A stretch of DNA of 56,243 nt, from IMG/VR virus record IMGVR_UViG_3300019458_000040, positions 1 to 56,243 of that record. One strand, given 5' to 3'. A program made the translations under genes and the position numbers. The notes beneath the pieces are model-generated. The model made no database searches. It was not told where the DNA came from and worked only from the letters and a program-made list of their open reading frames with translations. The DNA is from a virus (taxonomy: Duplodnaviria > Caudoviricetes). Below, in pieces: positions 17,510 through 26,679 of this stretch (positions within the stretch are counted from its first letter, which is position 1; every line of letters begins with the position of its first letter).

Positions 17510-17746
17510 GTGGTACGAAAACTAAAGTCGACGACGAACGCTGGTACGCGGCCGAGCCGGAACGCGATCGCGGTGCGGGTGACGCATCGGGAGCGCGGGA
17601 AGCGGCAGGTCGACCTGGCGCAGGTGAAGGACGTCATCGCCCGCTACTGGGACGAACTGGCCTCGCTCCCGGCGGAGGACTCGATCGCCGTCTTCAGCGC
17701 CGAGATCGCGGCGGCGGAGCGGCGGCGTCGGGGCTCGCGATCGTGA
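17510..17746 (+). CDS. Hypothetical basic protein
   Basis: GGGAGG RBS, GTG start, GTGA coupling. Confidence 0.6.
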   Translation: MVRKLKSTTNAGTRPSRNAIAVRVTHRERGKRQVDLAQVKDVIARYWDELASLPAEDSIAVFSAEIAAAERRRRGSRS

Positions 17747-17978
17747 GCCCGTCGTCGGCTCTCCAGAGGGCGGTGCTCCTCGAGATCGGGCGCGCCGGCA
17801 GAGTGCGGACGTAGGAGATCTCGCCAGCCGGCTCAGTCGTCGGCAGGCCGGCCTGTGGCACACACTGCACGCGCTCGAGCGGCGGGGTCTCATCTTCTTC
17901 GACCGCGGCCGCTGGGCGCTGCTCCCGCGCGGTCGAGAAGTCGTTTTGGAACTGAAGACGCAGGAGATCGGTTCGTGA
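17743..17978 (+). pseudogene. Frameshifted winged-helix (MarR-like) gene
   Basis: MSPSSALQRAVLLEIGRAG in one frame (TAG 17812) and ADVGDLASRL...LHALERRGLI...WALLPRG in another; GTGA overlaps at both ends. Confidence 0.6.
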
Positions 17979-18247
17979 GCGAAGTCGAGACGAAGTCCAA
18001 CGAAAAGCCGGCGATCGAAGTCCCGGGCGCGCCGCCTCCGCCGAAGCCGGGACCCGTTCCGCGGGACGTCCAGGCCGCCGGGTGCCTGCACAAGTGGGTC
18101 AGCGTCGACCGGTTCTTAAAGACCGGATCGGTGCTCCAGGCCGCGGCCGCAGGGCCGGGTGTCGAGGGAGTGCTGTACGTCTTCTTCTGCGAGCGGTGCC
18201 TCTCTCTCAGCACCGCGAGCATGTCGCTCGGCCCTCCGCGCGGGTGA
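17975..18247 (+). CDS. Hypothetical protein with CxH and CxxC motifs
   Basis: AGGAG RBS; CLHKW...CERC. Confidence 0.6.
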   Translation: MSEVETKSNEKPAIEVPGAPPPPKPGPVPRDVQAAGCLHKWVSVDRFLKTGSVLQAAAAGPGVEGVLYVFFCERCLSLSTASMSLGPPRG

Positions 18248-18299
18248 CGGCGGCGAAGGAAGGCCCCAGCATCGAAGGAACCAGGGCGAGTGGTGCGCT

Positions 18300-18420
18300 A
18301 CGGCGATTAATTGGCTAGCCCTCATCAACATCTGCAAGTCATGCAATTTTCCTTTCTGGCGGCTAGCCCACCATCGCCTCGGTTCTCTTTTCCCGGCGGG
18401 TTGGTACGATCGCGAAGGAA
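18300..18420 (+). promoter_or_regulatory. Putative late promoter/operator region
   Basis: AT-rich gap; palindromic GGCTAGCC at 18313 and 18361; extended -10-like TGGTACGAT at 18402-18410. Confidence 0.45.
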
Positions 18421-18508
18421 CTTCTGATTCATGCCACACAGACCGAAGCCCGGGAAACGACGCCGCGGAACGCGAAAGCGAGGCCGCGGCCGGAAAGGAC
18501 GACGATCG

Positions 18509-18901
18509 ATGTCTCGCGAGTTCAACGTCGGCGATCGCGTGATGGTGCCGTGGGGCGGGGGGAAGGCCGGGACCGTCGCGCGCGACGAGGGCGGGGGCGA
18601 CTACCTGATCGAGCTCGACGAGCTCGAGGAGGGGCGGAGGAAGCGGCTCGGCTGCCAGGGCCGGATTCTCCAGCGGATCGGGACGTCGCCCGCAGCGGCG
18701 CCGCCGGTCGAGGGGATGGTGACGAAGGGCGCCGGTGCGCCGCGGACGCCGCTCACCGCGGTCGTGGATCCGTTCGCGGACGACGACGAGGACCTCGACG
18801 AAGGGACGGGGGCGGTGTCCGAGCCGGAGTCGGGACCCGGCGCGTCGGAGCCGGCGGCGGACTCGAACCCCGAGGAGCCGCCGGCGGCGACGGGAGGCTG
18901 A
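18509..18901 (+). CDS. SH3/KOW-like protein with acidic tail
   Basis: FNVGDRVMV...GTV...YLIELD; AAGGA RBS. Confidence 0.65.
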   Translation: MSREFNVGDRVMVPWGGGKAGTVARDEGGGDYLIELDELEEGRRKRLGCQGRILQRIGTSPAAAPPVEGMVTKGAGAPRTPLTAVVDPFADDDEDLDEGTGAVSEPESGPGASEPAADSNPEEPPAATGG

Positions 18902-18950
18902 GCACCGGAGTCGCGGCTCGAGGCTCCCGGGCGGGGGCGCTCGGGCGGCT

Positions 18951-18968
18951 TTTGCAGACGTCTGCAAA
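18951..18968. promoter_or_regulatory. Perfect 18 bp palindrome TTTGCAGACGTCTGCAAA
   Basis: Intergenic, 20 bp upstream of ATG 18989. Confidence 0.6.
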
Positions 18969-18988
18969 GTGAGAGGGAGGGCGACGAG

Positions 18989-20179
18989 ATGGGATCAACC
19001 GCGGTTGAACGAACCCCGGCTGGCGTGACGATCCACTCGTTTCTCCCCTTCGCCGACACGGCCGCGAAGCGGGAGGCTACGAACGAGGCGCTCGATGCAC
19101 TCTTCGCGGACGCGGGACGGAAGATCGCTCCGCGGGGAGCCCTGAAGAAGCCCTCGTTTAAGAAGCACGGAGATCCCGGAGCGGAGTCGAACCGCAATAC
19201 GGTCGGCTACGGATTCGCGGCCTACGCGCTCCGCGGCGACATGCAGGCGATTCTCCAGGTCGCGCTTGTCGCAGAGCGGCTCTTCGAGACCTGGGACGCG
19301 CTCGACCGCGCCCACAGTCACCGCTACGCCTGGCTCGGGCCGCTCGCGCTGGCTCTCCACGAGATGGGCGACGAGCGGTGGAAGATCGTTCTCGACAGGT
19401 TCAACGACATCATCCGCTGGTTCCACGGGCAGAAGTACCTCAACGGGTCGTTCGTGGGCGCCACGCTGAGGCCGCTCCGCTGCCTCTTCGAGGCCGGACT
19501 CACGGGGTCGTTCGCCGAGAAGCTCTCACGGGCCGGCCTTCCTGCTGACTCCTTCGGCGGCGCGCAGCTCGTGGAGAAGGCGAACACCGCGGTCTTCGCG
19601 TTTCTCTGGCGAGTTCTGGGAAGTGGCGTGAACTGGGGATGGAGGAAGCCGCCGGGAGCCTGGGCCGGATCGTGGCGCGACTTTCCCTACGTCGACTCTA
19701 CCGACCCGAAGACTATGGCGACGCACACTACGCTCTTCCACGCGCTGCACGTCATGCCGTACTCGTTCATGGTGGGCGATCTGGCGGGACTGCCTTTGAT
19801 CGATGACGGGTCTCTGTACGCGACGCGCTGGCGCGAGATCGCCTCACACGCTCTCAGGCTTGGCTACGACCCCGTGAGTGGCCGCTCGACTAAGTCGATC
19901 GGCTACAAGGCCGACCACTCCGCGGGGAAACGGGAGGCCTACTACGCTCCCGGTTTCCCGGAGAAGCCCGCCCGGAAGCAGTCGCTGGCCTGGAAGGACG
20001 AGCACATGGAGGCCGGCTACCATGACGTCTCGCCGGCCCTCGAGGCGGTTCTGGATTCGGGCGAGATCAACAAGAACGAGTGCCGTCGGGGCCTCGTGAA
20101 GTTCGTGCGTGGTGCGCGGGGGATCGTGGTCGGCGAGATCCCGATTGGGCTCGCGCGGCTGGCGCTGAGGGTAGGGTGA
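18989..20179 (+). CDS. Hypothetical 396 aa protein
   Basis: GGGAGG RBS; globular composition; family not recognised. Confidence 0.8.
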   Translation: MGSTAVERTPAGVTIHSFLPFADTAAKREATNEALDALFADAGRKIAPRGALKKPSFKKHGDPGAESNRNTVGYGFAAYALRGDMQAILQVALVAERLFETWDALDRAHSHRYAWLGPLALALHEMGDERWKIVLDRFNDIIRWFHGQKYLNGSFVGATLRPLRCLFEAGLTGSFAEKLSRAGLPADSFGGAQLVEKANTAVFAFLWRVLGSGVNWGWRKPPGAWAGSWRDFPYVDSTDPKTMATHTTLFHALHVMPYSFMVGDLAGLPLIDDGSLYATRWREIASHALRLGYDPVSGRSTKSIGYKADHSAGKREAYYAPGFPEKPARKQSLAWKDEHMEAGYHDVSPALEAVLDSGEINKNECRRGLVKFVRGARGIVVGEIPIGLARLALRVG

Positions 20180-20180
20180 G

Positions 20181-20729
20181 ATGCCATTCCGCGACGCCGA
20201 GAAGAGGCGTGCCTACCAGCGGGAGCGCGAAAGAGCGAGGCGGGCCGATCCGGTCCTCAGGGAAGCGATACGCGAAGCACAGCGACGTTCGTACCACAAA
20301 AGGCGCGAGGATCTACTCCCGCAAATGCGGGAGAGGGTAAAGGCGATGCGACTCGAGAATCCGGATCGGGTCCGGAGCAGGGCTATGGACTACTACTCCA
20401 TGACCATCGAGAAACGTCGAACGGAGCGCCGGGAGTACTACTCTCGGAAGAAGCGAGAATTCCGTGAGCGACTCCTTCGGAAGCAATACGGGATCGGGCT
20501 CGACGAGTACGAGCGCCTCGCTGCCGAGCAGAATGGCCTCTGCGCAATCTGCGGCTGTCCGCCAATCGGCGGAAAGATCCTCGCCGTCGATCACGATCAC
20601 GCGAACGGCTCGGTTCGCGGTCTCCTGTGCCTGAACTGCAACAACGGACTGGGGCGCTTCAAGGATTCCGCCGAGAGGCTAGAGGCTGCGGCGAGATATC
20701 TCCGTGCCGCATCGAGCCGGATTCCATGA
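20181..20729 (+). CDS. Endonuclease VII domain protein
   Basis: YGIGLDEYE...QNGLCAICG...LAVDHDHANGSVRGLLCLNCNNGLGRFKDS. Confidence 0.93.
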   Translation: MPFRDAEKRRAYQRERERARRADPVLREAIREAQRRSYHKRREDLLPQMRERVKAMRLENPDRVRSRAMDYYSMTIEKRRTERREYYSRKKREFRERLLRKQYGIGLDEYERLAAEQNGLCAICGCPPIGGKILAVDHDHANGSVRGLLCLNCNNGLGRFKDSAERLEAAARYLRAASSRIP

Positions 20730-20812
20730 AGCACGCGCCGGGCGAAGTCGACGAAGGTCTCGTCATCGCGGCGCTCCGCCTCGGACTCGCGGCGTGACGA
20801 CACAAGGGAGTC

Positions 20813-21397
20813 GTGGAGAAGAAGCCGAAGCCAACCCGCCCACCCAAGTCCATCCCCTGGGAGGAGATGCGGGCGACGTATCTTGCCGAGAATCGGCTCA
20901 CGCTTCGCGCGCTCGCGCGGCGGTACGGCGTTGCCGAGCGCCTCGTGCACGATCGCGCCGCGGCCGAGCGATGGCGTCTCGCGCGGCAGGAGGAGCAGCG
21001 GCGCCTCGGGGAAGTCCTACTGCAAGCGGCCCGCGAGAAGATCGCAGCCAAGGCCGGCGCGCAGACGCTCTCGTTCCTCGAGGACCTAGCCCGGCTCCGC
21101 CGCAAGATCGCCGAGCGCTACCTCGAGAAGCTCTCCGAGCCCGAGATCGAGGAGCAGCTCGAGACGAGCGTCACCGACCCGAGCCTCGAGAGCCCGATCG
21201 CGGAGACGGTCGTGAAGAAGCGGCGCGCGGCGCTCAACCTTCCTCGCTTCGCCGCGAAGGTCCTCGAGACCGAGCTCGAGGCGCTGAAGGCCTTCACCGG
21301 AATCGCCTCCGGCCGCGCCGGATTGCCGCCCGGTTCGGCGCTGCACGAGCGCGAGGTGACGGTTCGCGAGTCCGTCACGATCGATCTCGGCGGATGA
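20813..21397 (+). CDS. Putative terminase small subunit
   Basis: N-terminal HTH (WEEMRATY...TLRALARRYGV...ERW), helical remainder; upstream of the large subunit. Confidence 0.65.
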   Translation: MEKKPKPTRPPKSIPWEEMRATYLAENRLTLRALARRYGVAERLVHDRAAAERWRLARQEEQRRLGEVLLQAAREKIAAKAGAQTLSFLEDLARLRRKIAERYLEKLSEPEIEEQLETSVTDPSLESPIAETVVKKRRAALNLPRFAAKVLETELEALKAFTGIASGRAGLPPGSALHEREVTVRESVTIDLGG

Positions 21398-21405
21398 GCT
21401 GACCG

Positions 21406-21669
21406 ATGGCCTTCACCGTGCAGCTCGTCTGCGGTCGCTGCGACGGCTGGGAAACGACGCTCGAGAAGCTCGACTACCGGCTGACCGTCGCGGTGTGCGC
21501 CGGGACCATAGCCATCGTCCACCCGCCGCTCCCGGCGACGTTTCCCGCGGAGTGGCCGACGTACGTCTACCGGCTGAGGACGAGCACCGGTCCTCTTCCA
21601 CGCACGAAGCGCTCTGGGGCTGTGATTTACGACCTCGAACCGAGGAGGCATTCCATGGAAGAGACTTAG
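21406..21669 (+). CDS. Hypothetical protein
   Basis: CGRC motif; fills the gap in the operon. Confidence 0.5.
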   Translation: MAFTVQLVCGRCDGWETTLEKLDYRLTVAVCAGTIAIVHPPLPATFPAEWPTYVYRLRTSTGPLPRTKRSGAVIYDLEPRRHSMEET

Positions 21670-21701
21670 CCGCGCCGCGCGCGGAAGAAGGGAGCCGGAT
21701 C

Positions 21702-22871
21702 ATGTGGAGCCGCATCCGGGATCTCAACTGGCGCTCGTTCGTTCCGAGCTTCGCCCTCTGGGCGGTTGTCTCGGCTCTGTACCTCGTGGCCGCGGTCGAC
21801 TGCGAGGCGGGCGACGTCCTCGCCGTGGCGACGAACGACCGGCACGCGCAGGCCGTGGACGCAGCGACGGGCGCGACGCTCTGGCGCGAGGCCTCGACGG
21901 CGCCGCCGGGCTGGGACTGCTGGTTCGTCCGAGAGAGGCTCGACGGGCGGGTCGTCTTCGGGCACGAGCTTGACGATCCGACCGCAGCGCTGGGAAGGTG
22001 GTGGGAGGAGGTCCGCGACCGCGACTCGGGCGCGCTCGTGTCCGCCGGTGAGCGGACGGACGGTCCTCTGCCGAGGTTCCCAGCACCCGAACCGTTCGGT
22101 CGGTGGGTCTTCGGGGCCTGGAAGACAACGATCTGCAAGCCCGAGCAGGGCGGGTGCTTCAACTCCTGGGGTCTCGCGGCGTGGTGCAACGATGGCTCGC
22201 GCATCCGGCGCGTTCCAGCGTTCTTCAAGTGCCTGATCTACCACTGGCGGTTTTCTCCGCGGCTCGGCTCCTTCCATTCGACGACCTGGGCCCAGGCCGA
22301 CAACGAGCTTCTCGGGCCTTGGTGGATAAACCTCGTCTCTCCGCCCGGGCACGAGGCTTCGCAGTGGCTCTCGCCGCTCGCGAGCGACGGCATTGGGGGA
22401 ACCTTTTCGCCGGCCCTCTTCGTCGACGAGATCGAGACGCCGCTCTCGCCGACGGGCTTCGCGTGGCTGATCGGCGGCCGATGGGGATGGAAGGCGGTCA
22501 TCGGCGACACGATGACGCAAATACCTCAGTGGCAAGACCTTGGGCCGGCGATGATCGGCTACGATCTGCGCGAGAGCCTCCGGCGCGGGCCGGATCTGGT
22601 GATGGCCGAACGGACTGCCGGAGGCTTCGCGCGCGCCGGCGCAATCGACGCCGCGAGCTTCGCGGTCTCCTGGGTTTCCCCTGCTTTGCCCGCGGCCGAT
22701 TGGGGAGGCCAGGCGCTCGCGCAGACGACGTCCTTCGTGGTCGTCGCGGGTCCGGCGCAGGGAGGAGACGTTCCCCGACTCTACGTCCTCGATCCGGCTT
22801 CTGGAGCCGTGGCGCGCTCGATCGTGCTCAGCGGCGATCCGCGCTTCGTGTCGGCGGTCTCGTCACCGTAG
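21702..22871 (+). CDS. Secreted or membrane-anchored PQQ-like beta-propeller protein
   Basis: Hydrophobic N-terminus; AVDAATGATLW, VRDRDSGALV, AIDAASFAVSW, VLDPASGAVA blades. Confidence 0.65.
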   Translation: MWSRIRDLNWRSFVPSFALWAVVSALYLVAAVDCEAGDVLAVATNDRHAQAVDAATGATLWREASTAPPGWDCWFVRERLDGRVVFGHELDDPTAALGRWWEEVRDRDSGALVSAGERTDGPLPRFPAPEPFGRWVFGAWKTTICKPEQGGCFNSWGLAAWCNDGSRIRRVPAFFKCLIYHWRFSPRLGSFHSTTWAQADNELLGPWWINLVSPPGHEASQWLSPLASDGIGGTFSPALFVDEIETPLSPTGFAWLIGGRWGWKAVIGDTMTQIPQWQDLGPAMIGYDLRESLRRGPDLVMAERTAGGFARAGAIDAASFAVSWVSPALPAADWGGQALAQTTSFVVVAGPAQGGDVPRLYVLDPASGAVARSIVLSGDPRFVSAVSSP

Positions 22872-22892
22872 GAAGCGCCGATCTCCGCTTCG

Positions 22893-25151
22893 GTGGCTCC
22901 GCGCACGACGATCAAGCTCCCGGCCGTCTACCGGGACTTGGCGCCCGTCGCCGGCCGCATCGCGATCGAGCACGCGGCCCTCGACTGCCGGATCCACGAG
23001 ACGTTCCTCGCGCTCGCTCTCTCGATCTCGGGCGACGTCGCCTTCTTCACCGATTCGCTCGAGCGGATCCAGGCCTCGCTCGATCGGTGGCTCGAGGGCG
23101 AGCGGGTGCGGAAGCGCCGGTTCGCCGCGGGGCGCCTCTTCCGCTACCGCGTCGGAGCGACGGTCCTCTGGGTCGTGACACCGGCGGCGACGGTGAGAGA
23201 CTTCATCTTCCGGGACCTGACTGCGGTGTTCATGACCGACGCGCACGCGTTCGAGTCCGACCTCCTCAAGGTCGTCGATCGCCGCGGGCCGACCGGGACG
23301 TCCCGGCTCCGGGGCCTCTACATCGCGGGCCAGTTCGTCGGCCGCGACCACTGGTTCTACCGCTTCTGCCACGACCGGCACGCCTACCGGAAGTGGGCGA
23401 CGGCACCGCGGCTGAGACGGCTCGACTGCGACGCGGTCGCGCGCGCCTTCCCGGACCAAGCGGAGCGGATCCTCCCGAAGGACGACCCGCGCTACGCGTG
23501 GTCGATGCGGCTCCGGGATCCGCTTCCCAACGAGCACACGGCGCCGATCCTGAGCTTCGCCCGGAGGCGGCTCAAAATCCGGAGCGACTTGCGGCCGGAG
23601 GACATGTCGGACGCGCAGCGCGCCGAGCTCGAGCGCGCGCTCGCGGGTGCACGCTGGACGAAGGGGACCTCGGTCACGCTCTCCCTCGAGTTCGGCGCCG
23701 TGCAGCGGCGGATCCTCGCGCTCAAGCGTCTCGGGCGCGCGCGCGGTTTCCGGAAGTGCATCATCGTGAAGTACCGGCGTGCCGGCGTCACCGTCCTCTC
23801 CCAGGCCGAGGCCTACTACCACTGTCTCGCACGGCCCAGGTCCTACGTCGCCTTCGTCGCGCACCTCGACGAGACGATCCAGCGCCTTTTCTCGACGGTG
23901 ACGACGTTCGCCGAGATGGATCCCTTCTCGCCTGGGCTGAAGGGGAAACCCACGGCGAACACGATCCGGTTCCAGAACGGGTCCTACTGCTTCATCGGGA
24001 CCGGCAAGAGCGAAGGCCTGCTCCGCGGCGACACGATCCAGTACTTCCACGGGTCGGAAGTCCCGTACTGGCTCCGCGGCGCGCGCGCGCTGGCTTCCAT
24101 GAACCTCCTCATGGCGGGAATCGAGGAGTCCGCGCGCCACGGCGAGATCGTGCTCGAGGGAACGCCCAAGGGGCGCGAGTGGTTCTGCGTGAAGTATCAG
24201 GAGGCGAAGGCGAAGCAGAACGATTACTGGCCGATCTTCCTGCCGTGGTTTCACGACCCCACGTGCCGGCTCCTGCCGGGCGAGTTCAACGAGGTGGAGG
24301 TCCGCGACACGCTCACGACCGAGGAGCGGGGCCTCATCGAGCGCTACGAGCTCGGGCTCGACCAGGTCGCTTTCCGGCGCGCGAAGCGGCGCCAGTACGG
24401 CGCGCTCTTCCTCCAGGAGTTCCCGGAGGACGATCAGACGTGCTTCATCTCGGCGGGCTCGATGTACTTTCCGCCCGAGATCGTTTCGGAGCTGGCGCAG
24501 ACGGTGCCGGACAGCGTTCCTCGGAAGGAGATCCCCGGCGGCTACGAGATCCGCTGGGAGGAGCCCCAGAAGGACGTCCAGTACGTCGCCGGCTGCGACA
24601 CGAGCGAGGGGATCGCGGGCGGCGATCGCAACGGGGTGGGCATCCTGCGGCGCGATACGTGGGCCCAGGTCGCAACCGTCCACGGGCTCTTCTCGCCACG
24701 CGAATTGGCGGAGCACGCCGTGCGTCTGTGTCGCGAATACAACGAGGCTCTCCTCGGCGTCGAGCGCGAGAACCACGGGCACCTCGTCATAGACAGAATC
24801 GAGGCGCTTGGCTACGGTTTGCCGCATACGCAGGGCGGCACTCTCTACTACCACGCGGACGGAAAGGACGATGGCAAGCGCCGGCTCGGGAAGAAGGGCT
24901 GGTCGACGAACGAGCGGACGCGCGAGCAGATCATCGGCGATCTCCGCGCGGCGCTCGTCGACGGATCGCTGGTCGTGCGCGACCGGGACTTCATCTCCGA
25001 GATGATGACCTTCTGTCGGCAGTCGAACGGGCGCTGGGACCACGACAGCGGCGCCCACGACGACACGATCTTCAAGTGGGGGATTGCGCTTCAGATGACA
25101 AAGCACGAGCCCCTGAGGCCGACGATCATCTTCGTCGATCGAGGACTGTGA
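22893..25151 (+). CDS. Terminase large subunit with N-terminal extension
   Basis: IIVKYRRAGVT (Walker A-like), FHGSE (Walker B-like), EGTPKG, QEFP, YVAGCDTSEG, VERENHG, HDD. Confidence 0.93.
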   Translation: MAPRTTIKLPAVYRDLAPVAGRIAIEHAALDCRIHETFLALALSISGDVAFFTDSLERIQASLDRWLEGERVRKRRFAAGRLFRYRVGATVLWVVTPAATVRDFIFRDLTAVFMTDAHAFESDLLKVVDRRGPTGTSRLRGLYIAGQFVGRDHWFYRFCHDRHAYRKWATAPRLRRLDCDAVARAFPDQAERILPKDDPRYAWSMRLRDPLPNEHTAPILSFARRRLKIRSDLRPEDMSDAQRAELERALAGARWTKGTSVTLSLEFGAVQRRILALKRLGRARGFRKCIIVKYRRAGVTVLSQAEAYYHCLARPRSYVAFVAHLDETIQRLFSTVTTFAEMDPFSPGLKGKPTANTIRFQNGSYCFIGTGKSEGLLRGDTIQYFHGSEVPYWLRGARALASMNLLMAGIEESARHGEIVLEGTPKGREWFCVKYQEAKAKQNDYWPIFLPWFHDPTCRLLPGEFNEVEVRDTLTTEERGLIERYELGLDQVAFRRAKRRQYGALFLQEFPEDDQTCFISAGSMYFPPEIVSELAQTVPDSVPRKEIPGGYEIRWEEPQKDVQYVAGCDTSEGIAGGDRNGVGILRRDTWAQVATVHGLFSPRELAEHAVRLCREYNEALLGVERENHGHLVIDRIEALGYGLPHTQGGTLYYHADGKDDGKRRLGKKGWSTNERTREQIIGDLRAALVDGSLVVRDRDFISEMMTFCRQSNGRWDHDSGAHDDTIFKWGIALQMTKHEPLRPTIIFVDRGL

Positions 25152-25156
25152 CCAAG

Positions 25157-25432
25157 ATGGAGCAGCTTCTCAAGCTCTTGCCCGAAGGCACGGCCGTCAT
25201 CGCAGTGCTCGTGTCTTGCATCCTCTTCTTCAAGTTCCAGCAGAAGATGCTGGACCGGGGGGAAGCGACGTTGAAATACATCACGGAAGGGCACGATCGG
25301 GCCCGGAGTGCGTACTTCGAGAGTCTCCGGGACATCATGAGATCGAACGAACAGGTCAGTCGCGAGATCACGCAGCGGCTCGTCGCCCTGGAGTCCGCGC
25401 TCGACGCGCTGACCGCGGCCGTCAAGAGGTGA
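25157..25432 (+). CDS. Putative holin-like membrane protein
   Basis: Single TM segment (GTAVIAVLVSCILFF) then coiled coil. Confidence 0.5.
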   Translation: MEQLLKLLPEGTAVIAVLVSCILFFKFQQKMLDRGEATLKYITEGHDRARSAYFESLRDIMRSNEQVSREITQRLVALESALDALTAAVKR

Positions 25433-25443
25433 GGTGAGTTCAC

Positions 25444-25728
25444 ATGGCCCCCAGAAAGCGCATCCCGCGGCGGCTCCGACACCAGGCAAGTCCGGAAGCC
25501 TCCGAGTCGGCCGGCGCTCCCTCTCCGGTCGAAGGCGCGACCGAAGGGACTCGAGAGGAAGCCGTCGACAGCGCGGTCGAACCGGCAGCGGAAACCGAGC
25601 ACTCGGCGGAACCGCCCGCGGCGGCGCCAGAGAGCAAGAGCCAGAACGAGCCCGAGGCTCCGCCGCGCTGGCGGCCTCTCATCGTGTTCGCAGACGAACA
25701 GGACTTCTTCGACGTGATGGGCTTCTGA
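25444..25728 (+). CDS. Hypothetical acidic low-complexity protein
   Basis: GAGGTGA RBS. Confidence 0.55.
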   Translation: MAPRKRIPRRLRHQASPEASESAGAPSPVEGATEGTREEAVDSAVEPAAETEHSAEPPAAAPESKSQNEPEAPPRWRPLIVFADEQDFFDVMGF

Positions 25729-25750
25729 CGGGGCCCGGGAGGTGACGACG

Positions 25751-26131
25751 ATGGCGGGAATGAAGATCCAGGTGGACTGGGAGGGCCTCGCGAAGGGGCT
25801 GGGCGGCGTCCTCAGCGGCGAGCTCCGGGGCATCCTCGAGGGCGCGGAGGCGGACCTGCAAGCGTACGGAGTCGACATCGCCGGAAGCCTCGCGCGCTCG
25901 ATCGCGGAGGGGAAGGACGGGCTCACGCAGGAGCTGCGCGGCCAGCTCAAGGCCTTGGCCGAAGTCCACCGGCTCCGGATCAACGCGGCGAGCTGGGAGT
26001 TCTTCGAGCAGCTCCTCACGGTCGCGGTTCGGGCGGCCGGCGCGGTTCTCGCCGCGGCGGGCGACACGGCGCTGGGCGGGCTCGATTCGGCGATCGGGGC
26101 GAAGGGCTCATCGGCGTCGAAGAAGCCGTAG
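25751..26131 (+). CDS. Hypothetical helical protein
   Basis: GGGAGG RBS. Confidence 0.7.
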   Translation: MAGMKIQVDWEGLAKGLGGVLSGELRGILEGAEADLQAYGVDIAGSLARSIAEGKDGLTQELRGQLKALAEVHRLRINAASWEFFEQLLTVAVRAAGAVLAAAGDTALGGLDSAIGAKGSSASKKP

Positions 26132-26205
26132 TCCGTCCAAGATCGGGCGAGCCGGAAAGACAGGCGGGACGGGGAACATGCAGAGTGACGTGGGAGGGAC
26201 TCATC

Positions 26206-26679
26206 ATGACGAACGGACGGACGATGTTCAGGGCGCTCGCGGCGCTTCTCGTGGTGACGGCGGTGGCGAGCCTCGGATGCAGTTCGAAGGGGACGATCCA
26301 CGTCGACGCGATCGAGACGCTCGTGATGAAGGTGAGCGAGCGTCACGACCGCTACGTGACGACGGACCCGACGCTCGTCGAGAGCGAGAAGGCGGACTTC
26401 CTCCGCTCGACAGAGATCCTGCGGAAGGTGATCGAGGCGGCGAAGGAGAGCTCGAAACCGGCCGACGTGGGGAGCGGGTCCAGCTCGATGTCCGCGCCGG
26501 TGCCCGCGTCGTCATCCTCGGCCTCTGGCCTCCTTGCGATGCGCCGCGATTCGAGGGACCTCTTCTCGGGCGAGCGGGTCGCGCGCTCGGAGCCCTCTTC
26601 AGCCTCACGTACCCCGTTCCCTTCGAGGACGCCGTCGGCCGCGGGAACCTCTACGCCGAGCCGCCCGATGCTCAACTGA
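26206..26679 (+). CDS. Lipoprotein; C-terminal part probably off-frame
   Basis: Signal peptide with lipobox VASLG-C; Ser-rich run-on after ~26470. Confidence 0.65.
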   Translation: MTNGRTMFRALAALLVVTAVASLGCSSKGTIHVDAIETLVMKVSERHDRYVTTDPTLVESEKADFLRSTEILRKVIEAAKESSKPADVGSGSSSMSAPVPASSSSASGLLAMRRDSRDLFSGERVARSEPSSASRTPFPSRTPSAAGTSTPSRPMLN

